This document shows, one piece after another, positions 1-13,754 of a stretch of DNA of 64,000 nucleotides. The DNA lies in assembly GCA_964016885.1 (NCBI GenBank), contig OZ024743.1, positions 223,386,001 through 223,450,000 of the forward strand. Direction: 5' to 3'. The notes below the pieces were generated by a model that searched no databases, was not told where the DNA came from, and saw only the letters and a list, made by a program, of their open reading frames with translations. Origin of the DNA: Eledone cirrhosa. Taxonomy: Eukaryota. Position 1 is the first letter of the stretch. Every line of letters starts with the position of its first letter. A program made the translations under genes and the position numbers.

Positions 1-418
1 CACAGTAATAGATAAGACCCGCCTTACCTAAATACAAAGTGAAACCTACTACAGTCAGTAGGCACCTCTAACAAAATACACCCCCGTCCCACTACCCCAC
101 CCCATCCACACCACCCCTTTCAATGTAAAGTTATGTTGGTACCACAACATCCAGCCCGAAACAAATGAGGTCGTGTAGGTGTCACGACAAAAAAAAACAC
201 ACAGTCCACGCTGTAATGTGGCCGTGTAGGTAACACGGTAAAAACCTCCCAGTTCCACACTGTAAATGTGGTTGGTGTTAGGAAGGGCATCCAGCCGTAG
301 AAAACCCGCCAGACAGTCCTATGCGAGCAAGACAACCACTCTTGCCTCAAGTGGGAAAACTCCCGTCCAAACCCATGCAAGCGTGGAATATGGACGTTAA
401 ACGATGATGATGATGATG
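1..418 (+). mobile_element. 3' end of an RTE-clade LINE (long 3' extension subfamily) with (GAT)n tail
   Basis: Homologous to the reverse complement of 38003-38450, which is contiguous with an RTE ORF; ends ...catgcaagcgtggaatatggacgttaaac(gat)n. Truncated copies at 60555-60843 and 56745-56860. Confidence 0.75.
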
Positions 419-1017
419 TGTGTGTGTGTACATGCATGCGTTTGTGTGTGCTTCTCATTTGTCAGCTTGTGCAGGCATTGATGTTTGTGTATGTGTTGTG
501 GCTCAGTGGTTCAATTTGTTTCAAAACAAGGGTTCGCTTCAAGGACATCAAACTATAGAATCCTGCCTTAAAAAGTCTTGTTCAAGCCATGCCAGCATAG
601 AAAAGCAGATGTAAAAATGATGTTGATGTGCACCTGCTTCTCCTAATACCAGAAGTGTGTTGATTTATCTTTGTTGGTAAAAGCTCAACATTTCAACAAA
701 GAAGTAGACGTTTGTGTGTTCACCTCATATTAACCCTTTTGATACCAAACTGCCCGACACTGCCACTGGTTCTGTGATCAGAACTTTTTATTTTAAAATG
801 TTTGTATTTAACTAAAATCTTTTCATCATAATTTCATATAAGACATTTTGTTAAGCTATGCTTCAGATATCAATTTAATAATAGGAAAGTTAGTTATTTC
901 ACAAAATCCTTTCAAATTCTTGACTATTGTCAAAATTATTGGAAAATGATAGGTGGTGTCTTTCATTAGAAATATGCTAACGAAAGGGTTAAAGATGAAT
1001 CTGAATCTTTACTTCAG

Positions 1018-1119
1018 GTGCTCCTGTAAACGGTGCCGTCAATGGTCGTGTTGGTTGTCAACTAATGCCTGGTTTGTTGCTTGTACCAGAAGCTAATCTG
1101 CATGCTACTAAGACTTCAG
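1018..1119 (+). CDS. stau: Staufen-like dsRNA-binding protein, internal exon (gene begins upstream of window)
   Basis: ttcAG acceptor and GTaac donor; 102 nt, phase 1-1; encodes GAPVNGAVNGRVGCQLMPGLLLVPEANLHATKTS, matching the 'QLxPGLLL' motif of invertebrate Staufen; joins the next exon in frame. Confidence 0.75.
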
Positions 1120-2269
1120 GTAACAATACATTTTCTATGTTTATATGTGTTGGATATTTCTTAGCCCTTTGTGTGTTGTTATCATTATCGTTGTTTTTAT
1201 GTCTGCTTTAAATGCTGGCATCGTTTAAACAAGATTTTTTGCTCCAGTATTCTACAGCTGGATCCTCTTTCTGGTGCTAACTTTTGTTTTTAAGTTAGGT
1301 TATTATTCCACTGATCTTTACTTGTTGAAAAGCTGAATTGTGGGACAGTTTTAGCATGGTTTGTATAGTTGGATGCCTTTCCTGTTGCCAGATTATTAAA
1401 GGAAAAAAAAAACTTTTTTTTTTGTAGAAAATATGTTTCTCCAATAACCATATTCTTTTTAATACTGTGTGGAAACTGTATGAGCAAGGCAATCTTGAAA
1501 AGTACAAAACATCACTATGACTGCACCATATTAAAAATTCAAGTCCTTACTTTAGTTTTTTAAATGAAATGTCCACTATAAACATTTGAATTAACAAATC
1601 TGGTTTTTGATATTTTCTACTAAATCATAACAGGATGTTAAAAGTTAACTATACTTCATGAAATATCTAATAAACTGTGTCTTTGAATGCTTTGAACCTA
1701 CCAGCATTCCATTCCCAATAATATTTTACTATATCCCACAAGTCTGATATTCTAGTTCCAATAATATTTTACTATATCCCACAAGCCTGATATTTCATTC
1801 TCAATAATATTTTACTATAATATTTTACTATAAGTCTGATATTCTAGTTCCATCATCATCATCATCATCATCATCATTTAACATCCACTTTTTCTACTAG
1901 CAAGGGTTGAACAGGTCTTCACAGACTGAGTTTGTACTGAAGTGGGGCCACTGACCTCCCACACAAGCTGGGGTTTGCATCATGTTTACATACAGTTCAG
2001 CATTCTATCAAGTGTATTTTATTGTGGCACAAGTACCAGAAAGGCTGTCATATCTCTGACACATCTGGAGGATCTTCACAACCTTTTGTTTGGCAAGCTT
2101 TCTACAGCTGGATTCCCTTCCTAACACCAACCACTTTACAGTCTGTTTGACTATATTCCAGCCCCAATAATGTTCAACTATATCCCACTAGCCCAGTATT
2201 CTGGTACGAACACTGTTTGAATATCCACCAGCATGATATTCAACTTCCAACAATGACTAATCCTACTAC

Positions 2270-5200
2270 CCTGATATTCCAGTATCAATAATATTTGACT
2301 ATATCTCACCAGCCTGATATTCCAGTATCAATAATATTTGACTATATCTCACCAGCCTGATATTCCAGTATCAACAATATTTGACTATATCTCACCAGCC
2401 TGATATTCCAGTATCAATAATATTTGACTATATCTCACTAGCCTGATATTCCAGTATCAATAATATTTGACTATATCTCACTAGCCTGATATTCCAGTAT
2501 CAATAATATTTGACTATATCTCACCAGCCTGATATTCCAGTATCAATAATATTTGACTATATCTCACTAGCCTGATATTCCAGTATCAATAATATTTGAC
2601 TATATCTCACCAGCCTGATATTCCAGTATCAATAATATTTGACTATATCTCACCAGCCTGATATTCCAGTATCAATAATATTTGACTATATCTCACCAGC
2701 CTGATATTCCAGTATCAATAATATTTGACTATATCTCACCAGCCTGATATTCCAGTATCAATAATATTTGACTATATCTCACCAGCCTGATATTCCAGTA
2801 TCAATAATATTTGACTATATCTCACCAGCCTGATATTCCAGTATCAATAATATTTGACTATATCTCACCAGCCTGATATTCCAGTATCAATAATATTTGA
2901 CTATATCTCACCAGCCTGATATTCCAGTATCAATAATATTTGACTATATCTCACCAGCCTGATATTCCAGTATCAATAATATTTGACTATATCTCACCAG
3001 CCTGATATTCCAGTATCAACAATATTTGACTATATCTCACTAGCCTGATATTCCAGTATCAATAATATTTGACTATATCTCACCAGCCTGATATTCCAGT
3101 ATCAACAATATTTGACTATATCTCACCAGCCTGATATTCCAGTATCAATAATATTTGACTATATCTCACCAGCCTGATATTCCAGTATCAATAATATTTG
3201 ACTATATCTCACCAGCCTGATATTCCAGTATCAACAATATTTGACTATATCTCACCAGCCTGATATTCCAGTATCAATAATATTTGACTATATCTCACCA
3301 GCCTGATATTCCAGTATCAACAATATTTGACTATATCTCACTAGCCTGATATTCCAGTATCAATAATATTTGACTATATCTCACCAGCCTGATATTCCAG
3401 TATCAACAATATTTGACTATATCTCACCAGCCTGATATTCCAGTATCAATAATATTTGACTATATCTCACCAGCCTGATATTCCAGTATCAATAATATTT
3501 GACTATATCTCACCAGCCTGATATTCCAGTATCAATAATATTTGACTATATCTCACCAGCCTGATATTCCAGTATCAATAATATTTGACTATATCTCACC
3601 AGCCTGATATTCCAGTATCAACAATATTTGACTATATCTCACTAGCCTGATATTCCAGTATCAATAATATTTGACTATATCTCACCAGCCTGATATTCCA
3701 GTATCAACAATATTTGACTATATCTCACCAGCCTGATATTCCAGTATCAATAATATTTGACTATATCTCACCAGCCTGATATTCCAGTATCAATAATATT
3801 TGACTATATCTCACCAGCCTGATATTCCAGTATCAACAATATTTGACTATATCTCACCAGCCTGATATTCCAGTATCAATAATATTTGACTATATCTCAC
3901 CAGCCTGATATTCCAGTATCAACAATATTTGACTATATCTCACTAGCCTGATATTCCAGTATCAATAATATTTGACTATATCTCACCAGCCTGATATTCC
4001 AGTATCAACAATATTTGACTATATCTCACCAGCCTGATATTCCAGTATCAATAATATTTGACTATATCTCACCAGCCTGATATTCCAGTATCAATAATAT
4101 TTGACTATATCTCACCAGCCTGATATTCCAGTATCAATAATATTTGACTATATCTCACCAGCCTGATATTCCAGTATCAACAATATTTGACTATATCTCA
4201 CCAGCCTGATATTCCAGTATCAATAATATTTGACTATATCTCACCAGCCTGATATTCCAGTATCAATAATATTTGACTATATCTCACCAGCCTGATATTC
4301 CAGTATCAACAATATTTGACTATATCTCACCAGCCTGATATTCCAGTATCAACAATATTTGACTATATCTCACCAGCCTGATATTCCAGTATCAATAATA
4401 TTTGACTATATTTCACTAGCCTGATATTCCAGTATCAATAATATTTGACTATATCTCACCAGCCTGATATTCCAGTATCAACAATATTTGACTATATCTC
4501 ACCAGCCTGATATTCCAGTATCAATAATATTTGACTATATCTCACCAGCCTGATATTCCAGTATCAATAATATTTGACTATATCTCACCAGCCTGATATT
4601 CCAGTATCAATAATATTTGACTATATCTCACCAGCCTGATATTCCAGTATCAACAATATTTGACTATATCTCACCAGCCTGATATTCCAGTATCAATAAT
4701 ATTTGACTATATCTCACCAGCCTGATATTCCAGTATCAATAATATTTGACTATATCTCACCAGCCTGATATTCCAGTATCAACAATATTTGACTATATCT
4801 CACCAGCCTGATATTCCAGTATCAACAATATTTGACTATATCTCACCAGCCTGATATTCCAGTATCAATAATATTTGACTATATCTCACCAGCCTGATAT
4901 TCCAGTATCAACAATATTTGACTATATCTCACCAGCCTGATATTCCAGTATCAACAATATTTGACTATATCTCACCAGCCTGATATTCCAGTATCAATAA
5001 TATTTGACTATATCTCACCAGCCTGATATTCCAGTATCAACAATATTTGACTATATCTCACCAGCCTGATATTCCAGTATCAACAATATTTGACTATATC
5101 TCACCAGCCTGATATTCCAGTATCAACAATATTTGACTATATCTCACCAGCCTGATATTCCAGTATCAATAATATTTGACTATATCTCACCAGCCTGATA

Positions 5201-5893
5201 TTCCAGTATCAATAATATTTGACTATATCTCACCAGCCTGATATTCCAGTATCAATAATATTTGACTATATCTCACTAGCCTGATATTCCAGTATCAATA
5301 ATATTTGACTATATCTCACCAGCCTGATATTCCAGTATCAACAATATTTGACTATATCTCACCAGCCTGATATTCCAGTATCAATAATATTTGACTATAT
5401 CTCACCAGCCTGATATTCCAGTATCAATAATATTTGACTATATCTCACCAGCCTGATATTCCAGTATCAACAATATTTGACTATATCTCACCAGCCTGAT
5501 ATTCCAGTATCAATAATATTTGACTATATCTCACTAGCCTGATATTCCAGTATCAATAATATTTGACTATATCTCACCAGCCTGATATTCCAGTATCAAC
5601 AATATTTGACTATATCTCACCAGCCTGATATTCCAGTATCAATAATATTTGACTATATCTCACCAGCCTGATATTCCAGTATCAATAATATTTGACTATA
5701 TCTCACCAGCCTGATATTCCAGTATCAACAATATTTGACTATATCTCACCAGCCTGATATTCCAGTATCAACAATATTTGACTATATCTCACCAGCCTGA
5801 TATTCCAGTATCAATAATATTTGACTATATCTCACTAGCCTGATATTCCAGTATCAACAATATTTGACTATATCTCACCAGCCTGATATTCCA
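2270..5893. repeat. 43-bp minisatellite array, about 84 copies, in a Staufen intron
   Basis: Unit cagcctgatattccagtatcaa(t/c)aatatttgactatatctcac repeated head to tail with period 43; degenerate copies also at 1700-1850 and 2140-2270. Confidence 0.97.
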
Positions 5894-6493
5894 TAGTGCT
5901 GTGTCCCCTGTGTACTACTATATTATATGCACTTGCTTTCTGCAAGAATCAGCAGTTGTTTTACATTGTTACCTTAGTCTTAGTTCTTCAGTAAGGCATT
6001 GTTGTGATTCTTGTCAAGTTCATAGGTTCCTTGTATCGGTGCCATCCAGTACTGGGCTCCAAATCTATGGTTCCACTGTGTGTGGGTTAGGCTCCGAAAA
6101 CATGGTTCCTTTGTGAGACGGGTTCGGCGTGGCCAACAGGTCTGCCCCTCCCCATAACGGAGTCATCCAGTTCCACACTGTAAACGTGGTTGGTGTTAGG
6201 AAGGGCATCCAGCTGTAAAATACCCAGCTAAATTTACAGTCCTCGCCAGAGCAAGGTGTGACACATGGCCAAGCCTGGCCAGACTTGTCTCCCGGCATGG
6301 ACGACCTGTCTAACCCATGCAAGTGTGGAAAAATTGATGTTAAACAGAAATGATGACGATGTTCATCATTTCTTTTCAATGATTTTTGTGTAAACATCTA
6401 GGATTGTGACCACACATATGCTGGAGGTCAGAGTTCAATAGGTTAATCCTTTCAATACCAATGCAGCCAAAACTGATCTGTTAGTTTATGCTG

Positions 6494-7025
6494 TCACTCC
6501 TTTTTAGAATCATCACCTGTTCCCTTAAAACAATTAATGATTATGCTGCTTTGCCAGTCATTGGGTATGACACTGTCATGTATTGCCTGATTGATTATGC
6601 AGGTAACTAGTTCAACTCCTACTTCTTCAGATGATTTTAACACCTCAGCAACTATCTCAGATGGTCCAGCAGCTTTAACACTTGACATTGACCTGAGCAT
6701 TTCTTTGACCCTATAACTGTCAATTTTAATATCTACCCTGCTCTGTTGAATCTACTGGGGTTAGTCCCTTTTCTTCCACACATTCTCCATATTCATCAAC
6801 CTCTCATAGTAGCATTTCCAGGCTTCTTATGAGCATCGTTAAGTGAGTCAGTCATTTTGAGCATACTCCTTCCCACTGACATATTGCTTTGCAATGTGGA
6901 ACACCTCATGCCGATGCTCCTCACATCACAGCATATTAGCAACATTTTCCTTTCTGCTTCTCTACATACTAATTAAACCTGGTTTCAAGAAGTCGAGCTA
7001 GTCATCTTGTTTAGCTACTTGGTAT
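6494..7025 (-). mobile_element. Decayed RTE LINE fragment (pre-RT linker)
   Basis: KAAGPSEIVAEVLK...IPNDWQSSIIINCFKG, homologous to the RTE copies at 36.7-40.8 kb. Confidence 0.8.
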
Positions 7026-7670
7026 TGTATTGCAATTAATTAATAAATAATTTGGAAGTATTTACTAAAATTATTAATTAGTTCATTACTAAGACAGTGT
7101 TTATATTATAACGAAAGGTTTTTATATAAAATTACATTGAAAGGTTTTAATTTAAATAGAAAACCCTTTAAAATGGGTTTCGTTTCATAGAGACGGAGCT
7201 GACTTCGGTCAGGCTGGTATCAAAATGGTTAAATATGAACACTTTAAAATGGGCAGTTGTGTATCATAAAACCAGGGTCAGTTTCAATTGGGTTTGATAC
7301 CTGAAAAGTTAACAAGTTTTGTAATTATATATATATATCTAACCCATGCTAGCATGCAAAAATGGACGTTAAACGGTGATGATGATATATCTAGCGACCC
7401 AAACATGCGGTAAAAAAACAGCATGTAGAATTCTTAACGAAAGAATAACTCAAAAAATGTTTTTGAAAGCGTAAGAGAAAGCAAGCTTCACTAAACACCA
7501 ATTTTTTGTTCATGTTATAAAGTTCCCTTTTTTTATATATATATTTTTTTATTTATATCAGGTGCATTTTTTTAATTACATTTTTCCTTATATAACGTGA
7601 TCTGTATAGAAAGTTTTTTAATGTCCACATTTTTTTCACTATATATATATCCTTTTTTGTTTTATCTTAG

Positions 7671-7828
7671 GCCAAGACAATGGCAGTGTGATTGGGTTAA
7701 GTGGTCGTCCTATTACTGCAGTAACAAGTGCAGTAAGACCTGAACAGCAACTACGTGAACTTGCACACAAACATCAGATTGAGGTGCACTTTCAGAACTA
7801 TGCAGTTCAGCAAGACTTTAATAGCAAG
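7671..7828 (+). CDS. stau: Staufen-like exon, start of degenerate dsRBD5
   Basis: Polypyrimidine tract + ttAG, donor GTaag; phase 1-0; encodes ...AVRPEQQLRELAHKHQIEVHFQNYAVQQDFNSK (Staufen 'VRPxQQLxxLA' helix). Confidence 0.85.
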
Positions 7829-8529
7829 GTAAGAAATTCCTATTTGTTGATTTATGAGTGTTTGTGACTAGAGGTCAGTGGATTGGCAGAACCATTGGAG
7901 TATTGGATAAGAGGTATAAGTTCAAACCCCACTGTGGCCAGCTTACCTTTCCATCTTTTCAGGAGTCGATAGAGTAGAGTACCAGTTAAGTGCTGGGGTT
8001 GATTTGACCAACTTTCTCTCTCCCCTAATATTGTTGGCTTGTGTCTAAAATCTCATGTACCTGTAGGCTAAGATTTGGGTCAAAATGAAAGAGAAAGGCA
8101 CAATGAAGAAAGGAATGTATTATGATTCCAGGATGAGTCTCTGCAATGTTTTGGAATCCCTAAAGATCATAAAAAATAAGTAAATAAAAAATTTCATGTT
8201 AAGATATTTTTTAAAGCTTCTTTCTCCCACTTTATTCATCATTACTTTCAAATTATCATTAATCTAAAAAGCTATATACATACATGCACACAAACATACA
8301 TACATACACACATACATACATACACACACACACATGCATGCATATGTACACACATGTATGCCATGATATAATGAACTCTGAGATGAGCCCCCACCCCACC
8401 CCACACCCCCATCCAGCCTGTCTAAGAAGTCTCTAGCTCTGATGAAATACTGACTTTATCCATTCCTTGCTAGCAAGGAAAACAGGTATGAAATGATGAT
8501 GATGATTATGATATCTACCTTTATTTCAG

Positions 8530-8717
8530 AATACATCTAGTGAATGTTTGAGTCGAGTGTCACTGTCGACAGATCCTCCACAGGTTCTGCATGGCACGGG
8601 GCCTACACTGGAATCTTCGCGTGATGCCGCTGCTCTCCAAGCTCTCAAGATGTTAGCCGAGAAAGGGCTCTCAGTTGTGGTGAATGATATAGATAAGAAA
8701 ATGAATAGTGGAGATCG
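8530..8717 (+). CDS. stau: Staufen-like exon, dsRBD5 core
   Basis: ttcAG / GTgag; encodes NTSSECLSRVSLSTDPPQVLHGTGPTLESSRDAAALQALKMLAEKG..., the typical Staufen dsRBD5 'VSLSTxPPQVxHGxGxTxExSxDxAALxAL' motif. Confidence 0.9.
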
Positions 8718-9977
8718 GTGAGTTATTCCTGGTCACTTTTTTTTCTTTTTTTTTTTAATTCTTTTTGCTTCTTTCTTGATAGAATTTGATTGAAAAAAAT
8801 GTTTACACTAATGAACTTTTGTATGTATTTATTTTAGGCGGTGAATTGGCAGACGTTAAGGTGTCGAATAGAATACTTTACAGTATTTGTCCCACCTCAT
8901 TGTGGGCACTGAGTTTAAATCCCACCAAGGTCAACTTTGCCTTTCATCCTTTCGAGGTCGATAAAAAAAGTACCAGTCCAGTACTGGGGTCAATTCTTCC
9001 TCTATAGAAGAAATAGGCTGTGTTCAGACCTGGAGAGGGTTGGGCTCTGCCAGGTTTAAAAGTACCCTAGACACGCCGTATGATGGTACATCTACGACTC
9101 CACAAGGAGTTATGGAATCTTTATCCTTATCCTTATTTTAGAATAAGTACATTGTATCCCTGTGTGTGTTGTAGGAGGCAACAAAAAATGGGTACATTGT
9201 ATCCGTGTGTGTGTTGTATCAGGCAACAAAAGAAATTAGAGCCTGGAAGGGTATCATCATCATCAACACTGTTTTACGTCCGTTCTTCCATGCTAGCATA
9301 GGTTAGACGGGTTGTCCTGTTGTGGGCAGTGTCCAGTCGGCTGACCTTGTCTTTCTCATACAGGAACTGATTTTGGCTTGATTTCTACAGCTGGATGCCC
9401 TTCCTAACACCAACATGTATTTGGCTGTAAAACAGTCTTCTATTTATTTATAAATTTGAACGACTTCTGTCCATCACACTATGTGTATGTGTGTGTAAAA
9501 GGAAGGAAGAGATGGTGAAAAAAACTATAGCAAAATAGCAGCTGACCTTCCATTTTCTACGCTGTGTATGAGTGTATGTGCATGTTTGTGTTAATGTATG
9601 TGTGTGTGAGTGTGTATTTTTGTAAGTGTTCCTGTGTTTGCATGTTTATATTTATATACTCATACATATAAATGTATGCATATACACACATGCACATGCA
9701 CGTCAGCATGTTGGAAAAAATTTTAGTAGAAAAAACTCCATGATGAGTATGAAGTCTGTCATGTTTTAACAAAGAGAATGGCCTTAAAACTCTTGTTGCT
9801 GTCTTTAGTAACATCAAGTGGGGCAATCAAGAGAGAAAATAGTTCAACTTCATCAGGCTAGACACCATGATGAGTATGATTAAGCCTGTCATATGGCTCA
9901 CATGACTAACCCCTACTTTAGTAGGAAAAATGACCTAAAAAAGTTTATTGTTGTTATCTTCATGATAGTATTTGGTG

Positions 9978-10154
9978 GATTGGCAGTATCGGTAGAGGGT
10001 CGGACGCCATGCTTTCAAGCATAGTTACGTCCCTTTACGATCTGAGTTCAAATCTCGCCGAGGTTGACTTTGCCTTTCATCCTTACGGGGTCGATAAAAT
10101 AAAGTACCAGTAATGCACTGGGTAATTGCTGGCCTTGTGCCTAAAGTAGAAACA
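9978..10154 (+). mobile_element. Young tRNA-derived SINE
   Basis: A-box-like tggcagtatcgg, B-box gagttcaaatc, body gactttgcctttcatccttacggggtcgataaa; near-identical copies at 42111-42288 (+), 63281-63459 (+) and 24826-24990 (-). Confidence 0.85.
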
Positions 10155-10460
10155 AGTATTTATTCATGTGTAACTGTTTTAGAATAGGTACACTGTGTCC
10201 TTGCATGTTGCAAGTGGTGACTAAAAGAGGTGGCAGGGAAAATGGCTTTAATACTCGTTATTTTTCTTGATGCTATCCATGTGTGTATCTGGTTTAGAAT
10301 AGGTACACCATATCCTTGCAATGTAAGAGATTAGTAAAAGTTTGTCATCTGGCCTGCAAAGCCAACTCATAGCTTTAGCAAGGAAAATGGCCTTAAAATG
10401 CTTGTTGTTATTTTGGGGGCACTAATATGTTTTGTTTTTGTTTTTTCTTTCTCTCTTCAG

Positions 10461-10551
10461 TTCTCCCATGAAACTCGATGGCTATGAGAAACTGTCTAAC
10501 TCTTCAGCTAATATCCATACCGAACACCAGAATGCCAGTGTCAGCCAGTAG
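10461..10551 (+). CDS. stau: Staufen-like terminal coding exon
   Basis: Long pyrimidine tract + cAG at 10460; phase 2 continuation gives SPMKLDGYEKLSNSSANIHTEHQNASVSQ then TAG at 10549-10551. Confidence 0.7.
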
Positions 10552-11542
10552 CAACAGTTATTGCCACCCAAAAATCAAAACAAACTTCTCCTGTTCTTTC
10601 CTGCTTCACTTCAGCCCTGTATTTTTCCTGTTTTATTTAAAATATTTTGTTATAGGATATACTTTCTAGTTGCTGGGCATTTCTACTACTTTCCCTTGGT
10701 TATTAATTTAATCCAGACATGGCTGTCCCCTTAGACCATGTCAATAACTACTCATCAAAGATTAAACATTTGAATTTTATTTATATACATACATTTTACA
10801 ATTTTAAAACTAGAATAATAATAATAATAATTTATTATTATTATTATTATGGATTGGCAGAATCGTTAGAATGGACAAAATGCCTTGTGGTGTTTAGTTC
10901 TGGCTCTAGGTTCTGTGTTCAAATGCTGCCGGGGTCAACTTTACTTTTCATCCTTCCGGTGGTCGATAAAATAAAGTACCAGTCACATACTGGGGGTCGA
11001 TATAATCGTCTTTCCCCTTCCCGCAAAATTGTTGACCTCGTGCTTAAATTAGAAACTACTACTACTACTATTATTATTATTATTATTATTATTGTCATTG
11101 CTAGAGTAAGTGTCTTGGTGCAACAGTACTTTGGCTAACCGGTCATTAAACCTGTTGGAACTTATTCCCTTACATCGCTAATAATGTTTTTTTTTCTTTT
11201 TTTTTGTGGGGGCATCAATGCCACTTCTTCCCAAACACATTAACTCTGAAGCTTTATGCCTTGCCCCTCCCCTCTTCTCCAAGAAAAAAGGTAAAAAACA
11301 ATATTGATAAATAATAGTAATAATAATAATATAGTAGTGAAATATATCTGAATTGCTATCACCATATTGATAGTGTAACCTATATTATTATATTTATATC
11401 ATGTTAATAAAACTACAGCACCACATACACACAACATACACATTTTTCCTGGGAGCATAGATCTAAAAAAAAAAGAGAAAAAAAACTAGGGTTATTTCTT
11501 CACAAGAATATGCTCAATCTTGAAAACTTTGTTTCTTTTTAA

Positions 11543-11736
11543 CCCTTTAGCATTTACATTACTCTCTATATATACTATTGTATTTTCGGGGTAAGGCTTT
11601 ACCTCACATAATATCAGATCTATGAGATTTTGAGAACAATACCTTAACATCTGTATGAGTGGCCAGTTACAACCAGTTTGAACAGAAAGAAGTGAGAGAA
11701 TTCTGGCTGGATACAGCTGGTTTAAATGCTAAAGGG
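11543..11736. mobile_element. piggyBac-type MITE (TTAA target site)
   Basis: TTAA|ccctttagcattt ... aaatgctaaaggg|TTAA; further copies at 23026-23222 and 59902-60118 (opposite orientation); a related element at about 735-988. Confidence 0.8.
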
Positions 11737-12659
11737 TTAAACAGCCTTAATATTGCTATTCTGTTTGGTTAGAAGGAATATTTGATTTTAGAAGGTTCCA
11801 TTTCAAGCTACATTTCTAAATGAACTATTCGTTTAATTTCTTTGGACCTTTATAAGTCATTATAACCTTGGTATTTGTTCTGGCTCACTGCACTCATCAT
11901 CATCATCATCATCATCATAATCATCACCATTTAAAGTCTATTTCCCATGCTTGGATGGATTAGACGTTTTGAGGTCAGACAGGTCAGGTGACTAAGTCTA
12001 ACTCATACCCTCTGTTTTGGGCTTGGTTTTTTTATGGCTGGACGTCCTTCTTAATGCTAAATACCTTAGAGGGTGGATTGAGTGCTTTTTGTTCTGGCCC
12101 CAGTACAATCACCTTACAGTGTAGGCTCTGAGTTTAAATCTCACCATGGTCAACTTTAGCCATTTCTTCCCTTCAGGAGTTGATAAGTACCAATCCAAGG
12201 GATGGTGGATTGACAGAATTGTTAAAGAGAAGGACGGGCTGCTTTGCAGTATCTGATCCAGCTGATTTCAGTATCTGATTTGTAGATTTGCAATAACTTA
12301 TTTGCAGTATCTGATCTAGCTGATTTCAAATCCCACCTGCCTCTGCCAGGAGTTACACTCGGCAGATAGTATCAGCAATGGAGAAACCAATAAAAACATT
12401 ATTTCCTTGGTCTAATATAGCAATTGGCTCTTTTCCTTTATGAACATTTACCTCCTGCCATGTCTGTAGTTTCCAACCGTGGATACCTGCACAAAAATCA
12501 TTGAAAAAAACTAATAAATGTACAAACTTGACAAAAAAATCACAGCAATGCTTTACTGAAGAAGTCAGGCTAAAGTAAAAGTGAATAACAATCACTGATT
12601 CATACTGAAAAATAGTGTAAATATCAGTAGTAATCAGATGTGTTTGGCAGAATGGTATA

Positions 12660-13050
12660 CTGGGCTGGTGGGATATAGTTAAATATTGTTTAGACTAGGG
12701 TACCAGGCTGGTGGGATATTGTCAAACATCTTGGAGACTGGAATACCAGGCTGGTGGGATATTGTCAAAGATCTTGGAGACTGGAATACTAGGCTGGTGG
12801 GATATTGTCAAACATCTTGGAGACTGGAATACCAGGCTGGTGGGATATTGTCAAACATCTTGGAGACTGGAATACCAGGCTGGTGGGATATTGTCAAAGA
12901 TCTTGGAGACTGGAATACCAGGCTGGTGGGATATTGTCAAACATCTTGGAGACTAGAATACCAGGCTGGTGGGATATTGTCAAAGATCTTGGAGACTGGA
13001 ATACCAGGCTGGTGGGATATTGCCAAACATTGTCGCTACTGGAATACTAG
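12660..13050. repeat. 43-bp minisatellite, about 9 copies, inverted relative of the 2270-5893 array
   Basis: Unit ggctggtgggatattgtcaaacatcttggagactggaatacca; its reverse complement matches the large-array unit at 35/43 positions. Confidence 0.92.
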
Positions 13051-13754
13051 ATTCAAATACATTACAAGCCTTTATTTAATTAATCCCAACAGAACTATTT
13101 TTTTTAAAGATTCCTTTTCTGTTTTATGTTGCTATTTACAAATATTTAACGTTTAATTTTTAAAAAGAATTTAGTATCTATATTTAGTCCCTTCCACTTG
13201 AGATAAAATGGTTATATGACTAAGTTATTAAACTATCATCTCATGGTCAGCATGTTTATATTAATTGCAGGTGTTTTATTGCATCTGGACAGGCTATTCT
13301 ATATATAAGTCAGTTCCCTAGCTGTGCGTAGGTAATAAGTACCATACCTTGTAATATTATCTTCTGACAGACTTGTTTCTTATTGGGTCTTACATGGAAC
13401 CTTTTAAAGTTTTAGATGTTTGTTATGAGTAGCAATGATTTAATTTCTTTTTTTTTTTAAAGATTTCTAATTGAAACAGTTATCTTAACTAGTTATTGAA
13501 TTCTTGAACTTTCATCAGCAGTTTCATTTCGCAACTCCTCAATTGCTCTCTAAGTTACAACTCTTTCATTAAATAATTCTGGTCTATATTTTAGCTTTCT
13601 GGCAAGAGAGATAAATCAAGAATGGAAGAAGATATATTGGCTGTTGAAAATTCACAACAAAGATTCCTTCTTTCTTTTAAGGAGTAGCTTTCTGAATTAA
13701 ATCTATTATTACTTCTTTTTCATCTTGAATTTTATGTTTATTTCAGTTAGAGTA

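Noticed and set aside
2270-5893. CRISPR-like array
   Set aside because: Contiguous identical units with no unique spacers, no cas genes, eukaryotic intron.
12686-13156. 156-aa repetitive ORF and overlapping ORFs
   Set aside because: Product of a stop-poor 43-bp repeat read through three frames; no splice or domain support.
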